Shown here: in pieces, positions 46,122-56,805 of the stretch
How positions within the stretch are numbered: position 1 is the stretch's first letter
Layout of the letters: every line of letters starts with the position of its first letter
Origin: Anolis carolinensis
Lineage: Eukaryota
Direction of reading: 5' to 3'
Assembly: GCF_035594765.1 (NCBI RefSeq)
Contig: NW_026943819.1
Span: 14,930,703-14,994,702, forward strand
Length of the DNA: 64,000 nt
Made by a program: the position numbers and the translations under genes
Notes under the pieces: generated by a model
The model's database searches: none
Told to the model about the DNA's origin: nothing
The model's input: only the letters and a program-made list of their open reading frames with translations

Positions 46122-46315
46122 GAACTGGGGCCAGCCCCGCCCACCGGGCTATATATACTCTATTGGGGAGAGTGGGCGGGGCTTGCCGCCAAAATGTTTC
46201 ATTTAGAGATTCTAGAAGGTTCCGGAACACTGCGCAGGCGCAGGGAAAATCCCATATGTGCGAATTCCACAGAACACCACTCGAAGAAACACAGTTACAG
46301 GTAAGCAACTATATC
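46122..46315 (-). repeat. DIRS right inverted terminal repeat plus right extension
   Basis: Inverted copy of the left ITR plus ~27-nt extension ending caactatatc. Confidence 0.95.
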
Positions 46316-47430
46316 GTCTGTCTGTACTGCAAAGGCTGTTGCTAGTGAAGTAATACATGCCAAGAGGAAGGCCCGTCAAGCCAACCCTGACTGGGACCGC
46401 CTTCCACCTGGAAACCGATGTCCTCAATGCGGGAGAACATGCAGATCAAGAATAGGTCTCTTCAGCCACCTAAGAACCCACCCCCAAGACCCCACAGATG
46501 GAAGACAATTGTCCTCGAACTACGAGGCACCGCCTAAGAGAGAATACGAAGGCATTGTCCTTCCTATTTAAGAGTCCTTCCAGACAGGCCCTATATTCCA
46601 GGATCTGATCCCAGGTTTTCTGTTTATCCCAGATTATCTGGCAGTGGGGACTCATATATTTAATCCAGTTTAAAGCAGAAAATCTGGGTCAGATCCTGGG
46701 ATATAGGGCTTGTCTGGAAGGGTCCTGAGTTTTCTCTTCCCCACATCAAAAATTTCCTTCAGTCCCCTGGTTCGTAACATTGCATTAAATGAGACTTGAG
46801 CATTTAGACATACAGCAGAGGCAGCCAAAGTGATTGAGGGAAGGCCGTCTCTGGGTCCTTGTGATGGAATCTAATGGAGAAGGCAACTGGCTTCCGAATC
46901 CCAAGTCCTCTGACCCAGTTCTGCCGCTCATTTGCATGCTGCAATATGATTGGATTAAAAAGCCAGCCGCAGACAGGACTGAACCACGGAATGAATATTT
47001 TTTTTTCCTTCTGCAAATAAATATGGAATGAATTAATGGTCTGCAGCTCCCATCGTCTCAACCCTGGATAGAATTGATAGAAGCCGTAGTCCAATATTGA
47101 GAAGACTTCATCTTCTGCCTCATGGGCAAACCTGCCTAATGCTTAAATGCAGTAGACATAGTGTCACAATTGTTATGCTCCCTGAGCTCAAGCAAGCCAA
47201 ATATAGCCACTAACTATCAACTGTGACTCAGATGTCTTATCATAGTGGTTAAGCACCTTTATTTACTTAGTCACCTTTATGTATTCTCTCTCTGTTTCTC
47301 TCTCTCTCTCTCTCTCTCTTTAATTTCTTTTTAAAAAGTTTTCCAAGTGTAGTAATTGAGTTTTGTGATTTCATCGTGGACCAGTCTTGTACGAGAAGAG
47401 AGTGAGCTACTGTTTCTATAAACATTTTTA

Positions 47431-47745
47431 GGTACTGTTCCATTATCCGGTCGGAGGCCACAAGAAGGCGCTAGAGAGAGAAGGATAGTTCATTTTACAG
47501 GGGTGGAGGGTGGGTTGAAGAAGGAAAACCATTTACCCCATTTTCCTGTTATTCCCCCCACCCATATCACTGTAGTGGAAACAACCCTAGTTTATAACAT
47601 GGGAAGGAAGAGGGGGGGGGGGGGGGAATAACCAGCGAAAACAAGGGAAATTGTTTTCCTCCTTCAACTCTCTCCCTGTAAAATGGACTCTCCTTCTCTC
47701 TCTACTGCCCTCTTGTGGCCTCCGCCTGAATAATGGAACAGTACC
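47431..47745. mobile_element. Foldback MITE with ~110-bp imperfect TIRs (superfamily unassigned)
   Basis: ggtactgttccattat ... ataatggaacagtacc; same terminus recurs at 61500-61519. Confidence 0.8.
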
Positions 47746-47859
47746 AATTTTTTATTATTGTTACTAGCTTGGGTTATTTGAAAGTCAGTTTTTTTAATTG
47801 TTGTTAAAGGTTGTAGCTTAACTGCAATTGACATCATGAGAAACTCCCTCAGTACTTAA

Positions 47860-48700
47860 AGTTTTTTTTATGTTGGGCAAGTTTGCTCTAGTAGATGCAT
47901 CATTGGTGGGGTTCAGTGTGCTCTCTGGCTGTAGGGTAAACTACAACTCCCATTATGGTGACTCAGACCCCTCAAACCCCTTCAATAGGTTAAGTTAGTC
48001 ATGGGGGTTCTGTGTGCCAAGTTTGGTCCAGGTCCAGCATTGGTGGAGGTCACCGTTTCTCTGGTTGTAGGTGAACTTTAACTACCAGAAAGGAAAGTCA
48101 ACCCCCACCCCCCAAACCCCTTCACTAATCAAATTTCAGCATATCAGATCTGTGTGCCAAGTTTGGTCCAGATCTATCAGTGTCTGGGTTCACAGTGCTC
48201 TCTGGATGTGGGTGAACTACAACTCTCCCAAATCAAGGTGAATTTCCCCCATAGACCTCCAGTTTTTTCTTTGCTGGTCATGGGGGCTCTGTGTGCCAAG
48301 TCTGGTCCAATTCCATCTTTGGTGGAGTTCAGTTCTCACTGATTGCTGTTGAACCCACAACTCTAAAATGCCCAGGCCAATCCTCAAACCTCACCAGTAT
48401 TCAAATTTGGGTACATCGGGTATGCATGCCAAGTTTGGTCCAGATCCCCATTGTTTGGGTTCGTAGTGCGCTCTGGATGTAGGTGAACTACAACTCCTAT
48501 AAATCCCTCCAAAGATCTCCAGTATTTTTTCTTGGTCATGGGGGTTCTGTGTGCCAAGTGAGGTCCAGGTCCATCATTGGTAGAGTTCAGAGTGCTCTTG
48601 GATTGTGGGTGAGCTATACACCCCAGTACCAACAACTCCTATAAATCATGATGAATTCTCCCCAATTGTCTCTAGTATGTTCAGTTACTGATCAATTCCT
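47860..48700. repeat. Degenerate tandem array (~120-150-bp units with gtgccaagtttggtccag and ggtgaactacaactccc), possibly Helitron-associated
   Basis: Motif recurs near 48013, 48153, 48293, 48426, 48550. Confidence 0.6.
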
Positions 48701-49564
48701 TTGTTTGCTGTGTGACATAGAAAACAACAGGAAAGGGTTTGGGGAGAGGCAGTGGGCGGGGTGATGCAAATTCCACACCAATGGAGAGACTAAGAAACAC
48801 TGGGATGTTCGTGGTGGAGGAAACACAGATTCTTTAGAATCTGTTTCACTCTCTTTTTATGCAGTATTCAATGGCCACTTCTGAAGGAAGGAAGGAAGAA
48901 ATCCATAGTCACCTTAAGTCACTAATTCAGGAGAAAGGCAGGATTTTTTTTTAAAAAGTAAATCAATACATTCAAATGGTTTAAACAGAACAAAAAGTAA
49001 ACTTAATTCTGTTCAAAATTAAATTTCAGTGAAAAGGCAGCTGCTCTTTGACTTGAATGAGAAGTTGAAAAGTTTGCAAAGATGGAGATGTTCATGTCAT
49101 CTACGGAAACCAACGATTATCGTGTCTTTGTTTTGAGCGCAACAAATGCTCCAAGGTACGTGGTGGGATACAGAATCATGGGGCGCCGTACCTCATTCAT
49201 GCGCTTCCTAAATCCTACTTGATCATATTGAAGCTGGCCTGGGAAGTGTAGAGCTCAGTCTGACTCAGTGTTGGAATGAAACGGATGATTTCCCTACCTT
49301 CATCACACTGTTAAATGTATCAGTGGCACTCAGCATTCTTTCAATAGATTTGGCACCACACTTTAATCATTAGGCACCACCCACCACCTCCCTCCCCCCC
49401 CCCCCCCCCCCCCGTTCTTTGTGGGAAAAACCCTCCTCTCTTTGAAATGTCAGCTGTTACGTGCCTTCAATTCCAGAAGCAAGGAAGCAGGGAGGGAAGA
49501 AAAGCTGTGATGCGTATTCCCCCCCCCCCTCTTTCTCTAACTCTATCTCTCTTGGCTGCTCCAC

Positions 49565-49874
49565 TGAGAAGAGTGAGGTCCTTGGAAAACTATAACTTCC
49601 AGGACTGCATAGTATGGAGCTATGGTATTTAAAGTAAGGTCAAGCTGCATTCATTCCATAGTGTAAATGCGCCAAGAGAAGGGTATGGATCTTGGGAAAT
49701 TATAACTCCTAGGAGGACTCCATCGCATGGAGCCATGGCATTTGAAGTGGGGTGCAAGAGCATTCGTTCCATAGTGTAAATGCACCAAGAGAAGGGTATG
49801 GACCTTGGGAAGCTCTAACTCCCAGGACTGCACAGCATGGAGACATGGCATACTACTACTACTACTACTACTAC

Positions 49875-49912
<38 letters not shown>

Positions 49913-50134
49913 GCATTTAAAATGGGTCCTGACTGCATTTATTCTCCAGTGTAGATACATCCAGAGAACGATATGGACCTTGGGAAACTATTAACTCCCA
50001 GGACCACATAGTATGGAGTATGGTATTTAAAGTGGGGCCCAAGAGCATTCATTACATGATGTAAATGTATCAAGAGAAGGGTATGGACCTTGGGAAACTA
50101 TAACTCCCAGGACTGCACAGCATGGAGACATGGC

Positions 50135-50178
<44 letters not shown>
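49565..50178 (+). repeat. Tandem ~110-bp repeat with embedded (TAC)n/(TAA)n expansions
   Basis: gagaagggtatggaccttgggaaactataactcccaggactgc unit repeated about 5 times. Confidence 0.75.
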
Positions 50179-51291
50179 TCTGCCACTTCTGTGACGGTTC
50201 ATTTGGGTTTTGATGATTCCGTAGCCCACTTGTTGATGGATGTCCAGAATCAGCAGCATCCACCGCGGTCCTTTTTATCCTGGGCGACGACCGAGCCAGT
50301 ATAGACTTCGTTTTGGTTTGATTCTCCATAATGCTAATGGGTTAGGTGCTCTTGGTTCCACTCCTCAGCTGAGGCCTCTCTGGCCTGGTTGGACCTGCCG
50401 GTAGTTACACTACCGCCAGCACAGCCCTCAGCGTCCTCGGAATGGTCAAGCCCCCCCACCACGTCAAGGTGGCACCTGTGGGGGAGTTCCTTGACAAAAT
50501 TGAAGGAAAAGCTGATAAGGAGAAGACCTGGCTCTGGCTCATGAATGGGACCCTGAAGAAGGAGACAGAAGACCTGATCCTTGCAGCCCAGGAGCAAGCC
50601 ATCAGAACAAAGGCAATTAAGGCCAAGATCGAAAAATCAGCTGATGACCCAAAATGCAGACTGTGCAAGGAAACCGACGAAACTATTGATCATCCCCTCA
50701 GCTGCTGTAAGAAAATTGCACAGACAAACTACAAACAGAGGCACAACTATGTGGCCCAAATGATTCATTGGAACTTATGCCTCAAGTACCACCTCCCAGC
50801 AGCAAAGAACTGGTGGGATCACAAACCTGCAAAAGTATTGGAAAATGAACATGCAAAGATACTGTGGGACTTCTGAATCCAGACTGACAAAGTTCTGGAA
50901 CACAACAAACCAGACATCACAGTTGTGGAAAAGAAAAAGGTTTGGATCATTGATGTCGCAATCCCAGGTGACAGTCGCATTGATGAAAAACAACAGGAAA
51001 AACTCAGCCGCTATCAGGACCTCAAGATTGACCTGCAAAGACTCTGGCAGAAACCAGTGCAGGTGGTCTCGGTGGTGATCGGCACACTGGGTGCCATGCC
51101 AAAAGATCTCAGCTGGCATTTGGAAACAATAGACATTGACAAAATTACGATCTGCCAACTGCAAAAGGCCACCCTGCTGGGATCTGCGCGCATCATCCGA
51201 AAATACATCACACAGTCCTAGACACTTGGGAAGTGTTCGACTTGTGATTTTGTGATATGAAATCCAGTATATCTATCTTGTTTGCTGTGTC

Positions 51292-51292
<1 letters not shown>
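50179..51292 (+). mobile_element. Dong/R4-clade non-LTR retrotransposon, internally deleted, inserted in (TAA)n
   Basis: CRLC-x7-H-x4-C knuckle, RHNYVA, restriction-like endonuclease KPDI...IIDVAIP...EKLSRY; one in-frame TGA at 50874-50876; (TAA)n on both flanks; no RT core. Confidence 0.85.
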
Positions 51293-51339
<47 letters not shown>

Positions 51340-51340
51340 G

Positions 51341-51501
51341 ACATACAGACACAGTACGACACAGCAAATGAGATTTATATGTTGGATTTCATATCACAAA
51401 AGCACAAGTCAAACACTTCCCAAGCGTGTGATGTATTTTCGGATGATGCGTGCAGATCCCAGTAAGGTGGCCTTTTGTAGTTGACAGATCGTAATTTTGT
51501 C

Positions 51502-51502
<1 letters not shown>
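51341..51502 (-). mobile_element. Second Dong/R4 3' fragment, inverted
   Basis: Minus strand DKITICQLQKATLLGSARIIRKYIT, flanked by (TAA)n/(TTA)n. Confidence 0.8.
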
Positions 51503-51560
<58 letters not shown>

Positions 51561-52106
51561 GTAGTGTTCTCTCACAGTTTTCCCGTTGAATAAAAGGCAC
51601 AGACATATCATGGAAGGAAGGGAATGGAAGGGAAGGAAAGGAAAGGACCCAGAAAGGCTATGTTTTAAAAAGAAAATGTTCTGTCAAAGTAAAAACTTGG
51701 TGAGCAAAAGGTAATGCTTTCCCTAACAAGGGTAGTTTTGGCTCTTCCCACCATTTCCCCTCCCACAAATTGGGGAAACGTTTCATTTTAAACCTGGGAG
51801 AAACAAATGCCATCACATTAGAAAATTGGCCAAACATCCAGATCGTTGCCAAAAATCCGCTTCCCCACCAACTCCTGAAACGTCGTAAAGAATGCTGGCC
51901 CCCACGCTTAAAATACGCAAAGAATGCTCTATCCTACACTTGAAGCCAAACTCGTGTGATGGGAACAGGGGCTTCCCGGATTTTAAGTGTAGCGCTCACT
52001 GGAATTTAGTAAATGTGATGAAGTGAGTCCGCAGATCACAGGCAAAGTGATCCTGGTTTGAACATAATTTAGGCATTCATGGCACTGTAATGACTTGAGA
52101 ACAAAG

Positions 52107-52350
52107 TCTATATATATAAAAGAGTGATGGAATCAGGGCACCGGACAAAACAGCAAAACTACAGGCCCCCCAACTTCGAAATTTGACAACACAACCCATC
52201 ATCCACGGCTCTAGGTTGATACAACAAAAAGACAAGAAAAATGAAGTCCTAATTAGAGGGAAAGGAATAATTGTGTTTATCCAATAGCTGCCAGTTAGAG
52301 GGCTAAGCTCCGCCCACTTGGTCTCCTATCAACCCATTCAGCCCAGGGCC
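52107..52350 (+). mobile_element. Helitron 5' fragment
   Basis: tctatatatataaaagagtgatgg..., closely similar to 6414-6640. Confidence 0.75.
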
Positions 52351-53384
52351 TCAGTTTCGCTGTTTAGTTTAAATTAGAAATGGTCAGAACATTAGAGACT
52401 CATCTCTGGTTGCTTGAGAGTTTGTATTAATGCTATGACAGGCGACTCTCATTTAACCGGCACCCGAGAGGAGTGGTTGATGCCGGATAACTGAGAGTCG
52501 TCTTTGGTTGCTTCAGAGTTTGTATTAATGCTATGTTAGTCAACTCATTTAACTGGCACCCGTGGGGAGCGGTCGATGTCGGATAACTGAGAGTCATCTC
52601 TGGTTGCTTGAGAGTTTTAAAGGCACCATGCTAGAGCTGGCCATTATTATTAAGGGAAAGCAGACTCATAGGACCACAGTGTGGATTTCCAGCCTGTCAA
52701 AGTCACCAAGGTGCAAAGAGCAATCGGAGGAGGAGGAGTCTGTTCAGCAAGCCCTGCTTCTGCCTGTGTGCTGGCGTAGCTGTTTTTCATCCTGACAATA
52801 TATATACATATATATATACACAATACACACACACACAAAAGGGAAGACGTTAATCCTATGGTGAGTAATAGGCATGTGTTTATGCAAAATGTTTGTTTTA
52901 TGAATAACTTGTAATGATTTGTTTTCGTTAGTAGATAATGTGATCATGTTGGCATGGATTGGATAGGACAGAACTTGTTCGAAGTTCAAATGAGGGCAAA
53001 CAAAGCTGCCAGTTCTGGAGCAAAAAGTGTTTTTTGTATCTTTTAGCAGAAGGAAAGAGGAAGCTCCTCACATTTTTGGGTAGCATATGGACCTAACAAA
53101 CCAAGTAGCGATTTCTATTATAAAAAGAAAGGAAAACAAATGGCGTTTCTTTGGAATGAATATAATCTCATCATAATTTCCTGGTAAAGGCATGTGGAAT
53201 TGTGCCACCTTGTGGCCCACGGCTAAGTGCTCAGACTGTTATGTAGTATGCATATATGCATGTGTGTTATTGCAAGCTTTATCTGTACTGCAGGGATGGG
53301 AATTGTGTGGCCACCTGAATGTGCTTGAATTACAAGACCCAGAATCCATAACCAGCATAGCCAAGGGAGAAGGATATTGTGTGG

Positions 53385-53585
53385 TCGAAGGCTTTAATGG
53401 CTGGAATCACTGGGTTGCTGCGAGTTTTTCGGGCTGTATGGTCATGATGCAGAAGCATTCTCTCCTGACATTTCACCCACATCTATGGCAGGCATCCTCA
53501 GAGATTGTGGGAAACTAGGCAAGTGGGGTTTATATATCTGTGGGATGACCAGGGTGGGAGAAAGAACTCTTGTCTGCTTGAGGCC
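53385..53585 (-). mobile_element. Penelope-like repeat copy with hammerhead motif (CpG-decayed stem III)
   Basis: cctgacatttcacccacatctatggcaggcatcctcag at 53464-53501. Confidence 0.72.
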
Positions 53586-54609
53586 TTGTGCCAGCTGAAC
53601 TGCTGACTTGAAGATTGCCGGTTTAATCCGCGGGATGGGATGAGTTCCCATCTGATCTGATAATGCACAAAAATCTATAATACAGAACAAAAATGTATGT
53701 GTATATACACTCTTGTAAAAATCCCAAGAAATGTAATACAAATCAGGTTTCTACAACTCTATATTAAAGTAATTCTATATTGCATATAACAAAATTGCTT
53801 TCAGGGTATCTTTAATACTTTAATATAGAGTTTATATACTTTAATTACTTTAATATAGAGTTGTAGAAACCTGATTTGTATTACATTTCTTGGGATTTTT
53901 ACAAGGTTGTATATACACATACATTTTTGTTCTGTATGAGTTCCCGTCTGTCAGCTCTAGCTTGCGAGGACATTAGAGAAGCCTCCCAGCAGGATGGTAG
54001 CACATCCTGGCATCCTCTGAGCAACGTCTCTGGATGGCCAATTCTCTCACACCAGAAGCTACTTGCAGTATGTTCTCAAGTCGCTTCTGACATGATAAAA
54101 AAAAGTGATGAGGAGGATGAGTGACCATCCAGATGCTATTGGGCTGAAATTCTTGCCAGCCCTGAAATCCCAGCCAATTGAGAGGGATTATAAGAGCTGT
54201 CCTTTCACAATCACTGCATGTTTCCCAACTCTACTTCAAGAGTTGAATGGCCGATATTATACTGTCATACTGTTACCCTGTTCCAACTTGTCCATTTCTG
54301 CTTTCTCTAGCCTGGTGGGTGAGGGCTTGGAAAAAGTTACCTTTCTGAACTACAACTCCAAGTAGCCATGCTGGCTGAGGGATTCTGGGAGTGATGCTCT
54401 GAAAGGTAATGCTTCCAGGCTGCCATCTGTCCAAGAGACAAACTGCAACAGCGGTAGCATGGCAATCCATTCAAAGCCTTTGCTTCAAGCCTGGGGCAGC
54501 TTGTTGCCCAGAAGGTAAGCCAGAGTTTAACAACTCTCCTTTCCTTTGAGACAGAAGAGAGGAGCAACTTGTATCTCTGTTTCCCATCCCTCCCCTGGAA
54601 ACAGGCTGT

Positions 54610-54830
54610 TCAGAGAAAAGGTCACAGCCTTTCCAGCTATTTCTGGACTAAATGGGAGGGGAAGCCTCTTCATTTCTATCACTTGCAAAGTGGGATCTCA
54701 GCCAGAATGGAAGATGTATGGTCTCACTCTTCACGAATGGCTGCCTGCTGCTGTCAGTCTTCTCCAAAACGGAGTAGATTGGCCCCAAGGGGGGGGGAGG
54801 TGGGACAGTAAGGAGAGAAGAGTATAAATG
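54610..54830 (+). promoter_or_regulatory. PGAM2 proximal promoter
   Basis: TATAAA 54823-54828; NBRE AAAGGTCA 54617-54624; weak MEF2-like ctatttctgg near 54637. Confidence 0.6.
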
Positions 54831-54913
54831 GTGTGAGCCTTTGGGTGGTTCAGGGCCAAGGTTGTCTGTCTCTGCCTGTTGGGGTTCCCACCGTCTTCCT
54901 CTCTACTAGAAAA

Positions 54914-56724
54914 ATGCCAACCCACCGGCTTGTGATTGTGAGGCATGGAGAGAGCACCTGGAACCAGGAGAACCGTTTCTGTGGCTGGTTTGATGCCGAG
55001 CTGAGCGAGAAAGGGCAGGAGGAAGCCAAGCGCGGGGCCCAGGCTGTCAAGGATGCTGGCTACGAGTTCGACATCTGCTACACATCCGTGCTCAAAAGGG
55101 CCATCCGCACTCTGTGGTACATCATGGATGGCATTGACCAGATGTGGCTGCCCGTGGTGCGCACCTGGCGCCTCAACGAGCGCCACTATGGGGGCCTGAC
55201 CGGACTCAACAAGGCCGAGACGGCAGCCAAGCACGGGGAAGAACAGGTGAAGATCTGGAGGCGTTCCTATGACATCCCACCGCCCCCCATGGATGAAAAC
55301 CACCCTTACTATCAAATCATCAGCAAGGTCAGTGCACAACCTGTATATGCTTTGCAACCAAACCTGGCTCAGTCTCAGTTAAGATTCATTTGCCACCAAT
55401 CCTCCAAGGACTGGCAAAAGGCAAAACATTTTGGGATGGTCCTATTCCCAACAATGGATTTTTCAGCTCTTGTTATCTCCATCAGTGGTACAGGTATAAT
55501 TGCTGAACTAAATGCATATGCTCAGACCAGGAGACTGCTTTCAGAAGCAAAATGAGCACACCTTCTTCTTTATATGTAGTAGATTTGTGCACCCATTGAT
55601 CTGTCCTGCTCCCTCTCAACTTTCTTGATTTTGGCAGCATTGAATCATTCTTTATTGTTGGTATTGTTAAATCACCAGATGTAAGAAACCCGTACTGATC
55701 TTCTGTCAAGCATTATAAAATCAAACTGTGGTTTCTGACTTATTTTCTGACTACACTGACTTTCCAGCAACCATGTTAATTTGTCTGAACTAGGAATTCT
55801 GTCAGTTTTGCTTTCCCCAATAGAAATTTGACTTCGTACATTGAAGCCCTATAATTATCTGCCCAACCCATGACCCAGAAACACTCAGCATGAGAGATAG
55901 GTAATTTTTATCTTCCGGACTACATAGCTTTGGCTAACCCATGGCACTAATTCATTTGTTCAATGTAAAAATAAAGTCTATCCATCTGTAATACAGTCTT
56001 TTCTGTTTTCTGATTCTGTATACTATGTATGGAGCCTCAAGCGATGCAGTGGGTAAAACCGCTGAGCTGCTGAACTTGCTGACGGAAAGTTTGGCGGTTC
56101 AAATCCGGGGAATGGGGTGATCTCCTGCTGTTATCCCCAGTTTCTGCCAGCCTAGCAGTTCAAAAACATGCAAATGTGAGTAGATCAATAGGTATCGCTC
56201 AAGCGGGAAGGTAACAGTACTCCATGCAGTCATGCTGGCCACATGACCTCGCAGGTGTCTCCGGACAATGCCAGCTCTTGAGCTTAGAAATTGAGATGAG
56301 TACCAATCCCCAGAGTCAGACACTACTAGATTTAATGCCAGGGGAAAACGGTTACCTTTCCCTATACTAAGTACGTATATTTGTTACATGCAATAATATT
56401 ATTATACACAATTCATATGCTTTTCATTAGCCAACATTAGCTACTGTGATTTATAATGTGGAGAATGGAAAGCAACAACTGTGTTGCACCTGAGAACTAA
56501 TGACACCAAATGATAACAAATGGAATCTGCTTTCTTATAAAGCTGTTGGTTTTTACATCCCTTCAGTTTCCCAAGATTATAAAGAGGATTCTTCTTAACC
56601 TGAGAAGCACTCATCCTGCTTCTATTGTAGATATTATTGCCATGTTTTCCCATGCCAGATTGAAACTGGGAAAGCATGATCACTTCTCTGATTCACAATA
56701 TATATTTGTTCTACGATCAGTACC

Positions 56725-56805
<81 letters not shown>

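Larger units (their letters stand above)
40365..46315 (+). mobile_element. Full-length DIRS1-type tyrosine-recombinase retrotransposon
   Basis: Left ITR 40365-40533, right ITR plus extension 46122-46315, ICR 45963-46061, three long open ORFs, no TSD. Confidence 0.96.

Noticed and set aside
49061-49156. EKFAKMEMFMSSTETNDYRVFVLSATNAP followed by a gtacgt donor, resembling the AAA-ATPase VLxATNxP motif
   Set aside because: In-frame stop at 49058-49060, no good acceptor, and no other AAA exon seen; probably chance. A tBLASTn search would settle it.
54731-55357. 208-aa minus-strand ORF
   Set aside because: Antisense shadow of the GC3-rich PGAM2 exon 1.
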